Sequence record: NC_028248.1 | Reading direction: 5' to 3' (one strand) | Length of the DNA stretch: 64,000 bases | Source of the DNA: Escherichia phage slur16 | Shown here: positions 46,750 to 55,330 of the stretch, piece by piece | Layout of the letters: every line of letters begins with the position of its first letter | How positions within the stretch are numbered: position 1 is the first letter of the stretch | Program-made: the position numbers and the translations under genes | The notes under the pieces: model-generated | The model's input: only the letters and a program-made list of their open reading frames with translations | What the model was told of the DNA's origin: nothing | Database searches by the model: none

Positions 46750-47560
46750 CAAACTGGCCGTTGTAAAACTCTCCTAACCTCATAAGAGGGGTCGGTAAAT
46801 CCGGCTAACGGGGAACGCTAAGGCGAAAGCTATGCCAATCCCGTGACTAGTTCTTACAGGAGTTGGAACGGTTGTAACGACTAACGAAAGGCAGAGATGC
46901 TTGACAAACATTTCTGAACCAAGTAGTGTAGGGGTTAGTTGAAATACTAACTTCGAAATGGAGAGGCTCTATGAAAAAGATCATTCTTAATGGTGAAGAA
47001 TCAAACTATGTGATTGATGAAGTTGGAAACGTATACGGAAAACGTGGAATGCTGCACCCAATATTGTGGGGAGGTTATGGAAAAGGTAATAAGCATGTTA
47101 AACGCCGTTATATGTACTCTTTCAACCACAAAGGTAAAAAGATTCGAATCCAAACCTCAAGGGTTGTTGCCTTGTATTGTTTGCCAGATGTCCCAGAAGA
47201 CCCTGAAAACTGGGAAGTGAATCATAAAGATGGCAATACATTGAATGATCATCCGTCTAACCTAGAGTGGGTTTTGCCGGAAGATAATAAGAGACATGCT
47301 TTCCGAACAGGACTTTGTCCAGGTAAGTGCTATAGGAAAGTGCAGGCATACAAAGGGAAAATCTTGGTGGGTGAATATCCTTCACTCTACGCCTGTGCAA
47401 AAGCCTTAAATTTGAACGTAGGTAACGTTCACAGGGCTATCGAAGGAAATGCCGAAGGTAAGCATCTCACAATAAAGGGTTATTATCTTATTGAAGTAGA
47501 GTAAGAGATAGTCTGGCCCTGTGGAAACACAGGGAGGAGACAGCAGACTCCATTCATCAC
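46750..47560 (+). mobile_element. group I intron in nrdD carrying HNH homing endonuclease
   Basis: Q-like AATCCCGTGAC (46848-46858), R-like GTTGTAACGACTAACG (46871-46886), S-like AAGAGATAGTCTGG (47503-47516) flanking the HNH ORF; splits one nrdD reading frame. Confidence 0.8.
46971..47504 (+). CDS. HNH homing endonuclease (intron-encoded)
   Basis: 177 aa; HNH core EVNHKDGNTLNDHPSNLEWV; lies inside nrdD intron. Confidence 0.8.
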   Translation: MKKIILNGEESNYVIDEVGNVYGKRGMLHPILWGGYGKGNKHVKRRYMYSFNHKGKKIRIQTSRVVALYCLPDVPEDPENWEVNHKDGNTLNDHPSNLEWVLPEDNKRHAFRTGLCPGKCYRKVQAYKGKILVGEYPSLYACAKALNLNVGNVHRAIEGNAEGKHLTIKGYYLIEVE

Positions 47561-47561
47561 A

Positions 47562-48806
47562 TTGAGTTTAGGACTGGATACCTCGGTCTTTGGTAGAATG
47601 ATTACCAAAAACTACCTGAAAGTCCACAAAATGGGTCTTGGTGAAGAACGTATCACACCTGTGTTCCCTAAAGTGCTGTTCTTCCTGGAAGAGGGTGTCA
47701 ACATGAACCCTGGGGATCCTAACTATGATTTGAAACGATTAGCTCTGGAATGCTGTGCAGAACGTATCTATCCTGACTTCGTATCTGTACCACTAAATAG
47801 AAAAGTGACAGGCTCGACAGATGGCAAAGTAACTAGCATGGGTTGCAGGAGTTTTCTTAGCAAATACAATGACTTGGAAACAGGCGAGGAGAAATACCTT
47901 GGCAGATTTAACTTAGGCGTTGTTAGCCTTAACCTGCCAATGATTGCGGCAAAAGCCAAGACGGAAGGTGTTGATTTCTTTGCAGTTCTTGACGAATACT
48001 TGGATCTTGCATACGAGGCTCACCTTGTAAGGGTTAATCGTCTAAAAGGAACAAAGGCAGGGCAGAACCCCATCATGTGGTGTGAAGGCGCTCTTGCTCG
48101 CCTGGATCCTGAAGAGAGTATTGATAAACTCTTCTATGACGGGTACGCTTCCATCAGTATTGGGTATATCGGTGTGTATGAAACCTGTCAGATTTTGGGC
48201 AGAGAGGGTGACAAGGCTTTAGCTCTTGGAATCCTTCAGCACATGAGAGATGCTTGTGAGCGATACAAGAAGGAAAGTAGACTAGCATTTAGCTTGTACG
48301 GCACTCCTTCTGAGAGTCTATGCTATAAAGCTGCAACCTGTCTGGATCGTGAATATCCGGAAGTGTTGAAGCACGAGCATGAATATCTCACCAACAGTTT
48401 CCATCAGCCAGTATGGATAAATAGCTCTCCTTTTGATAAGTGGGAGTATGAGGAAGGTTTTGCTATAATCTCCTCTGGTGGCAACATCGGATACGTAGAA
48501 ACACCTAACCTGAAAAACAACCTGGATGCTTTAGAGGCTCTTGTTGACTTCGGGTATAAACACATTATGTATTTTGGTATTAACCAACCTGTGGATAAAT
48601 GTCTCAAGTGTGGTTTCTCTGGTGAGTTCAGTGCAACAGCTAAAGGCTTTGTATGCCCAGAGTGTGGAAACCATGAAGAGGGAACGATCAGTGTAATTCG
48701 ACGTGTGTCTGGATACCTTTCCAGTCCTAACTCCCGTCCTTACAATAAAGGTAAGCAAGCGGAAGTTATCGAGCGAGTTAAGCACTACGGAAGTTGTGGT
48801 TGCTGA
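47562..48806 (+). CDS. nrdD: anaerobic ribonucleotide reductase, exon 2
   Basis: GRFNLGVVSLNLP; C-terminal zinc ribbon CLKCGF...CPECG and glycyl-radical motif RRVSGYL; exon probably begins 10-40 nt upstream of the ORF-track TTG. Confidence 0.8.
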   Translation: MSLGLDTSVFGRMITKNYLKVHKMGLGEERITPVFPKVLFFLEEGVNMNPGDPNYDLKRLALECCAERIYPDFVSVPLNRKVTGSTDGKVTSMGCRSFLSKYNDLETGEEKYLGRFNLGVVSLNLPMIAAKAKTEGVDFFAVLDEYLDLAYEAHLVRVNRLKGTKAGQNPIMWCEGALARLDPEESIDKLFYDGYASISIGYIGVYETCQILGREGDKALALGILQHMRDACERYKKESRLAFSLYGTPSESLCYKAATCLDREYPEVLKHEHEYLTNSFHQPVWINSSPFDKWEYEEGFAIISSGGNIGYVETPNLKNNLDALEALVDFGYKHIMYFGINQPVDKCLKCGFSGEFSATAKGFVCPECGNHEEGTISVIRRVSGYLSSPNSRPYNKGKQAEVIERVKHYGSCGC

Positions 48807-48869
48807 TTCTTGACAAAAGCCACAAGGATGTGGCATATTATTGACACACAGTGAGCTAGGAGGTGCAGT

Positions 48870-48986
48870 ATGTCATCAGGTATTTATAAAATTTGCAAGT
48901 GCGGCTGTAGTTGTAATCTTCGTTGGTGCAAGGCACTAGACGATTTTATTTGGCATTGCCCTAAATGTGATGCGGAGTATCTATGA
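48870..48986 (+). CDS. small Cys-rich zinc-ribbon protein (38 aa)
   Basis: MSSGIYKICKCGCSCNLRWCKALDDFIWHCPKCDAEYL; AGGAGG RBS 7 nt upstream; stop overlaps nrdG start; below ORF-track size cutoff. Confidence 0.4.
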   Translation: MSSGIYKICKCGCSCNLRWCKALDDFIWHCPKCDAEYL

Positions 48987-49456
48987 ACATTGCTGGATAC
49001 ACAGAAATATCTTACACCGAAGGACCAGGTATTAGAACTGCCTTGTGGGTATCTGGGTGCCCACACGCTTGCCCTGGTTGCTTTAATCAGGCATTTTGGT
49101 CAAAAGATAAGGGGAGGAAGTTCACTGAAGAAGACTTGCAAAAAATCTTGTCAGATTTAGATAACCCGTCTGTGTGCGGTATCTCTCTACTGGGTGGAGA
49201 ACCCTTAGCATACTATAATGAGCCAGATATTATTAGCCTGATGGAGAAAATTAAGGAAAAATTTGGTGACAAGAAAACTATTCTTGTATATACTGGGTTC
49301 ACATTTGACCATATCTCTAGTGATGTTCTTAAACTGGCTGATATCATCATTGACGGTAAGTATGTAAAAGATTTACCAACCAAGAAACCGTTCCGAGGCA
49401 GTGATAACCAAAGAATGTTTAAAAAAGTATCAGGCGGTTGGGTTCAGGTAGACTAG
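48983..49456 (+). CDS. nrdG: anaerobic ribonucleotide reductase activating protein (radical SAM)
   Basis: Cysteine cluster CPHACPGC near N-terminus; ~157 aa; follows nrdD. Confidence 0.8.
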   Translation: MNIAGYTEISYTEGPGIRTALWVSGCPHACPGCFNQAFWSKDKGRKFTEEDLQKILSDLDNPSVCGISLLGGEPLAYYNEPDIISLMEKIKEKFGDKKTILVYTGFTFDHISSDVLKLADIIIDGKYVKDLPTKKPFRGSDNQRMFKKVSGGWVQVD

Positions 49457-49459
49457 TTG

Positions 49460-49489
49460 TTGACAAAGCTTTGTTGAGTTGGTTATAAT
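49460..49489 (+). promoter_or_regulatory. sigma70-like promoter (near consensus)
   Basis: TTGACA (49460-49465), 18 nt spacer, TATAAT (49484-49489). Confidence 0.6.
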
Positions 49490-49518
49490 TGCCGTAATGA
49501 AAGCAGAGGAGGTGCCAA

Positions 49519-49632
49519 ATGGCTAAAAAAGCCTTGAAGAAGGCGTACAAGAAAGAGATTGCGCTTGAGCTTAAGAAAAAACACAAGCGTGAAAAGAAAC
49601 ATCATGAAGATGAAGAGGGGGTGCAACAGTGA
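49519..49632 (+). CDS. small highly basic protein (37 aa)
   Basis: MAKKALKKAYKKEIALELKKKHKREKKHHEDEEGVQQ; strong RBS GAGGAGG; overlaps next ORF start. Confidence 0.35.
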   Translation: MAKKALKKAYKKEIALELKKKHKREKKHHEDEEGVQQ

Positions 49633-49979
49633 CACAAGAACGTATCGATTTGGCTAATAAGTTTGTAGATCTCATTTTGCCACGGTTAGTTACTCAACAT
49701 GCAGATGCTATTTCTACTAATCTTGATGGCTTACGCCTAATGCTGAATCGCACAGATGACCCTCGTATTCGGGCTGATTTAGAAGCCTCTGCCAACAAAC
49801 TGGAAAAGTTCTTGCAAGTAGACACGCAAGAAGCCTTGCACAAGATTATGGTGGAAGGTTTCTCTAAAGAATTTACCATTAAAGAGCTTAAGGAGCTGAT
49901 CCACCAAGAAGAGATGAATATCCGAGTTCAGGCTGTTGCAAGCAGCATGGAAGCGGCTATTGAAAAACTGTTGCAGTAA
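49629..49979 (+). CDS. hypothetical protein
   Basis: 116 aa helical ORF, GTG start. Confidence 0.4.
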   Translation: MTQERIDLANKFVDLILPRLVTQHADAISTNLDGLRLMLNRTDDPRIRADLEASANKLEKFLQVDTQEALHKIMVEGFSKEFTIKELKELIHQEEMNIRVQAVASSMEAAIEKLLQ

Positions 49980-50017
49980 AAGTACTTGGCACATCTCAAT
50001 CTGAAAGGAGTCCCAAC

Positions 50018-50806
50018 ATGGGTCGAGCTAAAGAAACAAAACGCATGCGTGATGAAGCTAGAGAGGCTCGCAAATCTGATCGCCTGCGTAAGGCTGCTGA
50101 GAAATTTGCTGACGAAAGAGAGCACACCGCTCCAGCTCTCCGACCAATGAATAAGAAGCAGCAAAAGTATCTTGATTATCTAGGGTCACGTAAGATTATT
50201 ATTGTAAACGGTGTGTTTGGATCCGGTAAGACATTCATGGCATCTGCATATGCAGGTGATCTTCTGCGTAAGAACGAGATTGATAAGATTATTGTTGCAC
50301 GTCCTTACGTTCAGACAGGAAAGACTTCAGGATTTAAACCTGGAAATGCAATGCAGAAACTGTGGCCCTATCTTCGAAGCATGATGGACACGATTTGTCG
50401 TCGTGTTGGCAAAGGTGCTTTTGCCGCAATGCTGGGAGACGGTCAGAACAGCCGTATCGAGATTTGTGAAGTTGAAAGCATTCGTGGTCGTAGTTTCGAT
50501 GAGCGATGCTTTGTCCTGATTGACGAGGCACAGCAAACTAACCCTGAAGAAATGTTGTCAATTATCACAAGGATCTCTGATCAAGCCACCCTTGTAATTA
50601 TGGGTGATAATAGCCAACGTGACATCCCTGGTAAATCTGGCCTTGCATGGGTGACGGATTTCTTTACTCGTCATCCAGATCCTGAGGTTGGAATGATCAG
50701 CTTTGATAGTCCAGACGATGTCGTTCGTTCTGGGTTGGGTCGTCAGATCGCACTCAATCTTATTGAGGATCGTGCAAATCATATTTGGACCCCTGTTTCC
50801 GAGTAA
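50018..50806 (+). CDS. phoH: PhoH-like ATPase
   Basis: Walker A GVFGSGKTFMA and Walker B-like VLIDEAQQ; ~262 aa. Confidence 0.8.
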   Translation: MGRAKETKRMRDEAREARKSDRLRKAAEKFADEREHTAPALRPMNKKQQKYLDYLGSRKIIIVNGVFGSGKTFMASAYAGDLLRKNEIDKIIVARPYVQTGKTSGFKPGNAMQKLWPYLRSMMDTICRRVGKGAFAAMLGDGQNSRIEICEVESIRGRSFDERCFVLIDEAQQTNPEEMLSIITRISDQATLVIMGDNSQRDIPGKSGLAWVTDFFTRHPDPEVGMISFDSPDDVVRSGLGRQIALNLIEDRANHIWTPVSE

Positions 50807-50850
50807 TACAGAAGGGTGGTTATTCCACCCTTAAATATCTAAAACAGTTG

Positions 50851-50879
50851 TTGACAAATAGGTAAGCTTTAGATATTAT
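50851..50879 (+). promoter_or_regulatory. sigma70-like promoter
   Basis: TTGACA (50851-50856), 17 nt spacer, TATTAT (50874-50879); same TATTATCGG downstream motif as promoter at 33327. Confidence 0.55.
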
Positions 50880-50907
50880 TATCGGACAAAACAGAGAGAA
50901 GGACAGT

Positions 50908-51219
50908 ATGGCTACAATACAAGAGAAACTGAATAAAATATACTGCCTGTTTGTCTATAACGGCGAGACAATTTTGGCAAATAAGGGATCCAAGAATGTG
51001 TGGACCAAGGACAGCGGTGGTAATATAATTAACTTAGCGTTGCTACGTGAGCGCCGACACAGATTCTTTATCGAGTCTCGAATTATTGAAAGCAGCACTT
51101 GCTACAGAACAGGCGATAAAGTAATTGTTGACAATGATACGTGGTATGTGGTAGACTGGCAATCATTGAGCTGTGATGCTTCTGACAATCGTAAGTATTC
51201 CATAGTGATTGCTAAATAA
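50908..51219 (+). CDS. hypothetical protein
   Basis: 103 aa ORF behind promoter. Confidence 0.4.
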   Translation: MATIQEKLNKIYCLFVYNGETILANKGSKNVWTKDSGGNIINLALLRERRHRFFIESRIIESSTCYRTGDKVIVDNDTWYVVDWQSLSCDASDNRKYSIVIAK

Positions 51220-51279
51220 AGGTAAATGTGAATCAGGTTTAAATAAATAGCTTTCAACTTCCAATATTAAGGATTTCTC

Positions 51280-52329
51280 ATGAATTTAACACCTCGCAGA
51301 ACCATGGTACACGGCATGAAAGAAAAACAGAACGGTTTCGAACCTATGAGTAATAAAATGTTTGGTATGCCGGGCGGTATCATGGAAACATACAGCTACC
51401 CAACACCTGTTGTTGACCACGTTCTTTATATCGACGATTTGGAAGACTTACAAGATCATATGTCTCGTCTGCAGACGATCCGTATGGCTCAGCCGGAAGA
51501 AAGCATTCGGGTGATCATCAATAGCCCTGGGGGTTGCGTGCACATTGCAATGGCTTATCTGCAGGCATTCCGAGAGTCTCAGGCAAGCGTTGTTGCACAT
51601 GCTGAAGGGATGTGCTGCTCTGCTGGAACAATCTTATGGCTTGGTTGTAAAGAACGTACTGTGGCTCCGGACACAGAGTTTATGTTCCACTACTATCAAG
51701 GTGGCACTTATGGTAACGGTGTGAACATGAATACTCAGGTCAGCTACTGGAAAAAACGTTTTGAACGCCTGATCGAAAAATACTACGGTGGGGTGCTGAC
51801 AGAAGATGAGATCGCATCCATCACAGCTGGTGGCGAAGTGTGGTTGGACGGAGAAGAGCTGGCAGCACGCACTGGAGCTATTATTCTGGATGAAGGCAAC
51901 ATACAACGCATCCAGAACGGACAAAAACCGAAAAAGCTTCTGGCAAAAGGTGATGAAGAAGGCGTGTTAGGTGAAGCAGGTCTTCCGGAGATTCACCAGT
52001 GCACATCTTTAGATGAGTTAGTTCATGCTGTTGAATCTGCAAAAGCGGGTGGTTCGAAAGGTGATGTTCACACTGTGTTCCTGAATCTGCAGATGGAAAG
52101 TGGCGAGACCGTCAGAATTGCCCTGAGTGAGATTACTTCAGAAGATCTGCAGAGATTCTCTGTCGTTGAACTTCAGGATATTCTGTCTCAATTGAAGACT
52201 ACTCTGAACGGCGGTGAAGAGGTTAAGGTGAAAGATAAGACTCGCAAGCGTCTGGTGGACAATATTATTAAAACAGCAAAAGAGCTCAATGAAAAAATCC
52301 TGGGTGCAGGAATTGTCGAAGAAGCTTAA
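51280..52329 (+). CDS. ClpP-like serine protease with ~150 aa C-terminal extension
   Basis: ClpP motifs INSPGG, Ser-site-like EGMCCSAGT, His-site-like MFHYY; located in early region, not head module. Confidence 0.65.
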   Translation: MNLTPRRTMVHGMKEKQNGFEPMSNKMFGMPGGIMETYSYPTPVVDHVLYIDDLEDLQDHMSRLQTIRMAQPEESIRVIINSPGGCVHIAMAYLQAFRESQASVVAHAEGMCCSAGTILWLGCKERTVAPDTEFMFHYYQGGTYGNGVNMNTQVSYWKKRFERLIEKYYGGVLTEDEIASITAGGEVWLDGEELAARTGAIILDEGNIQRIQNGQKPKKLLAKGDEEGVLGEAGLPEIHQCTSLDELVHAVESAKAGGSKGDVHTVFLNLQMESGETVRIALSEITSEDLQRFSVVELQDILSQLKTTLNGGEEVKVKDKTRKRLVDNIIKTAKELNEKILGAGIVEEA

Positions 52330-52341
52330 ACATTAATTCTA

Positions 52342-52364
52342 AAGCCCTCTTCGGAGGGCTTTTA
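52342..52364 (+). terminator. rho-independent terminator after ClpP-like gene
   Basis: GCCCTC-TTCG-GAGGGC hairpin then TTTT. Confidence 0.6.
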
Positions 52365-52380
52365 TGATCTGGAGATTTGC

Positions 52381-52914
52381 ATGACTTGTGCTAGAAAACC
52401 TGATGAACAACGTAACGCCTACGATGAGTATGTGACACCGGAGTGGTGTGCAGAAGGGCTGTATGACCTTATTCCGTTCCCAGAAGACTGGACCTACTTA
52501 GAGCCTTGCAGGAATAGTGCCTCAGGTGTGTTCTACTCCCGTATGCCGTTAGGATCTGCATGGGGAGAAATACAAGAAGGTGTTGACTATCTGAATACAG
52601 AATACAACCATGTTGACTGTATTATCACCAACCCACCATACAGCCTGGCTCGTGAGTTTGTAGACAAGGCGTTGAAAGATGCTGACGTAGTTATTATGCT
52701 TTTGCGTCTTAATTTTCTGGAAAGCAAAGCCAGATTTGAATGGTGGCTTGATAATGCACCTACTACTGTGATCACAATATCTAAGCGTCCATCATTTCAA
52801 TCAAACGGCAGAACTGACGGGCAAGCATATGCATATTTTGTGTGGGATAAGAAAAACCGTTTAGACTTGCCGCCGTTTATGTGGTTGGCACCCCCAGAGG
52901 TAGACCTGAAATGA
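52381..52914 (+). CDS. small DNA methyltransferase (NPPY motif)
   Basis: IITNPPYS catalytic motif; 177 aa. Confidence 0.5.
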   Translation: MTCARKPDEQRNAYDEYVTPEWCAEGLYDLIPFPEDWTYLEPCRNSASGVFYSRMPLGSAWGEIQEGVDYLNTEYNHVDCIITNPPYSLAREFVDKALKDADVVIMLLRLNFLESKARFEWWLDNAPTTVITISKRPSFQSNGRTDGQAYAYFVWDKKNRLDLPPFMWLAPPEVDLK

Positions 52915-53195
52915 AAATGAGTGCTAAGGACAAATTACACCAGCTAGCGCTAAAACGCCCTGTAACGCTCCCTGACGAGCTTAACTCCATTTATGATGCG
53001 ATTGTAGGGGAGATACAAAATAAAGCGTTAGCAGGCTTTCTGGGGTGCGGATTTTCGATAAATCTACCCTCGCATCTCTCAGATTACTTCCCGCACATTG
53101 TTGGAGATTTAAGGGCAGGAGGTCTGCAGGTAGATGTTGTTGGCATCTCCCCAGAGAAAAATAATACGGTTGCCTACTTGACAGTAACCTGGTAG
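52911..53195 (+). CDS. hypothetical protein
   Basis: Start at ATG 52911 overlapping upstream stop (ATGA). Confidence 0.4.
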   Translation: MKMSAKDKLHQLALKRPVTLPDELNSIYDAIVGEIQNKALAGFLGCGFSINLPSHLSDYFPHIVGDLRAGGLQVDVVGISPEKNNTVAYLTVTW

Positions 53196-53471
53196 TTGTG
53201 TATTGTTGTTTTCAACAAGAGGGGGTCATTTATGTACAAGTCATTTTCAATCTACTCAAGACAGGCGAAACACTACACAGAGATCCTGATCACTCAGAAA
53301 AAATCTGTGGAAGGTGAGTGGGAATATCACCATAAAATGTTGCGTCCAGACTGGGTTTTTGATAGACTTATTGCTATGATCCCTCTCGGAGAAGTATACC
53401 CTCTGACAGCCCATCGCGATGCTTGGGATTTAATTGATTACATAGATTCATTTAAGGAGCCTAGATTATGA
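53196..53471 (+). CDS. hypothetical protein
   Basis: 91 aa ORF, coupled. Confidence 0.4.
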   Translation: MCIVVFNKRGSFMYKSFSIYSRQAKHYTEILITQKKSVEGEWEYHHKMLRPDWVFDRLIAMIPLGEVYPLTAHRDAWDLIDYIDSFKEPRL

Positions 53472-53866
53472 AGATTGAGATTACTAAAGAAGGTAAGAAA
53501 GTGTCCGGCAACTATGCAACAGTAATTCGGGATTTAATGTTTGAAGCCACCAAGATCGGTACATCTAAAGTTGGTCAAACTGTTAGTGTGAAAAGTAATA
53601 TCTCCACAGGAGAGAAGGTATTCATTGTGGTCAAAGGGCAGGATCCCGTGGAAGGAACAGTGGGCCGAGGTGGCTACCTGTGCATTTCTGAAGAGCCGCG
53701 TATGTTAGTGGCTGACGCTACTATGGGTGGGAAACGTGTGTGCGAGGCGGATGAGGTAATGATTATCCAACCTGTTGATCCAGATGACCCAGCAACTTGG
53801 GTGGTAGGAAATGAAATCTTCTCTTTAGAAGAGTTATCCTTCCCAGCACCGCGCTCTGTTCAGTAA
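53468..53866 (+). CDS. hypothetical protein
   Basis: 132 aa ORF, ATGA-coupled. Confidence 0.4.
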   Translation: MKIEITKEGKKVSGNYATVIRDLMFEATKIGTSKVGQTVSVKSNISTGEKVFIVVKGQDPVEGTVGRGGYLCISEEPRMLVADATMGGKRVCEADEVMIIQPVDPDDPATWVVGNEIFSLEELSFPAPRSVQ

Positions 53867-53903
53867 TAATTTATCTTACCAGGGACGGTAGGTAGGAGGT
53901 AGC

Positions 53904-54137
53904 ATGAAAGTTAAATTTCTTACAGATTTAGGGTACCCTTCCTTGGTTGACTGTGTTGGTAAAATTGTGGAAGCAAAACGGCTATCTGCAAACGAGAATG
54001 TTGTCCTGGTTAAAGGGAAGGATTTACTAGCTGCAGGTGCAGAGTCTGGCAGGATCTCTCCTGATTATATGTATTACCTATCTTTAAGTAATCTGCCAGA
54101 GCGAGGCGGTAAAGGCCTTGAAGTTGTGGAGGAGTGA
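53904..54137 (+). CDS. small protein, paralog family A
   Basis: MKVKFL...LVKGKDLLAAGA...LEVVEE; shares N-terminus, KG-DL-AAGA core and VVEE-type end with 57463, 57680 and others. Confidence 0.5.
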   Translation: MKVKFLTDLGYPSLVDCVGKIVEAKRLSANENVVLVKGKDLLAAGAESGRISPDYMYYLSLSNLPERGGKGLEVVEE

Positions 54138-54667
54138 CAGGTATGCTTCTGATTAACTGGGAAGACCTCTATGGGGACAAAGACCCTGTTGCGTTTGTTG
54201 ATCGTAGGTGGAGATACACTGAAGAACAACTGGCGGCAAAAAATTTAACTGCAAAACGCAGAAAGATCATCCAGTGCAAGTACAAATACGCACAGTTTGC
54301 TGCAAAAGTGTCTCCACAAATCGAGAGCTTTGTGCTTAAATTGTATGACGAGTACCTCAAATTCAAATTGGATTTTGTGCAGGTGTACCGTGCACAGGTA
54401 CGACCAGATACCAACATATGTAGATGGAAGGTTGTTTGTGAAGGTAAAGATTTGCCGCTCAGCTTGACAATTGAGTGGCGTTATGGGTATCATGAGTGTG
54501 GTCTGTATGATATTTGGGATGTCATTGTAGATCCTGCTAAGCATCTGAACACAGAGGAGCTGGAATATATCAATAAGGTTATTCTCGATATGTTTTTCAG
54601 CTACACACATGAAAACTCTGAGAAAGAACGGGATAATTTTCTTGACACCCTCAGCGACCATTTGTAG
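54134..54667 (+). CDS. hypothetical protein
   Basis: 177 aa ORF. Confidence 0.4.
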   Translation: MTGMLLINWEDLYGDKDPVAFVDRRWRYTEEQLAAKNLTAKRRKIIQCKYKYAQFAAKVSPQIESFVLKLYDEYLKFKLDFVQVYRAQVRPDTNICRWKVVCEGKDLPLSLTIEWRYGYHECGLYDIWDVIVDPAKHLNTEELEYINKVILDMFFSYTHENSEKERDNFLDTLSDHL

Positions 54668-54697
54668 TATACAATTTAACCTACAAAGGGAGGACCA

Positions 54698-54925
54698 ATG
54701 AGTATAAATGTTGTGCTAATAGGTTACCTGGTAATGTCCGTTATAACAGCGGTATTCTTGACAGGTGTATGCATCGTGTCCAGACGAAGGGTGAAGTTTG
54801 ATGATTTTATCACCATCATCACTGCTGCACCTTTTTGGCCTGTTGTTATCTTCATCGTAATAATGTGCCTAGTTGATTACTACAAGAATATCAGGAAGGA
54901 GAGTAGGGATGGAGACCGCACCTAA
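54698..54925 (+). CDS. small membrane protein with two predicted TM helices (holin-like topology)
   Basis: Hydrophobic stretches VVLIGYLVMSVITAVFLTGVCIV and ITIITAAPFWPVVIFIVIMCLV, charged C-terminus. Confidence 0.4.
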   Translation: MSINVVLIGYLVMSVITAVFLTGVCIVSRRRVKFDDFITIITAAPFWPVVIFIVIMCLVDYYKNIRKESRDGDRT

Positions 54926-55061
54926 AACTATCTATACTGTTCTTAAAGAGATTGCGTTCTACGCAGATCTTAGCCAGGCACCTTTATGGGAAAAGAGCAT
55001 GTATTTAAAATGGTGCGTTAATTTAGGGAGACCTTCCAGTGTTTCAAGCCATGTTTATTGA
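54909..55061 (+). CDS. hypothetical small protein
   Basis: ATG 54909 with AGGAAGGAGAG RBS; overlaps upstream gene end. Confidence 0.3.
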   Translation: METAPKTIYTVLKEIAFYADLSQAPLWEKSMYLKWCVNLGRPSSVSSHVY

Positions 55062-55144
55062 GATGCTATCTGGGATATTGTTACTGGTAGCCATCTTAGG
55101 TGGTGCAGTTCTGATGTATAACTATCTTGAAAAAGGAGACAGCA

Positions 55145-55330
55145 ATGGTAAAAAATAAATCTTTAGAGCAGGCTGAAAACCTTCTCCACGAGCTGGTAAA
55201 GGAGTGGAAAGTTGAATACTCAGATTTTAATGCACGAGAGGGTGAAGATTATTGGCCTACGGAGCGCTCAGAGGGCGAATGGTATCAAGATTTTATAGAG
55301 TGGTTATATCAGACGTGCGATGAGGGGTGA
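55145..55330 (+). CDS. hypothetical acidic protein
   Basis: Start at ATG 55145 with AGGAG RBS. Confidence 0.4.
   Translation: MVKNKSLEQAENLLHELVKEWKVEYSDFNAREGEDYWPTERSEGEWYQDFIEWLYQTCDEG

Noticed and set aside
51280-52329. ClpP-like gene as evidence of a misplaced head module
   Set aside because: Flanking genes (phoH, methyltransferase, small early ORFs) and the promoter and terminator context are early-region in type; no capsid or portal genes nearby.
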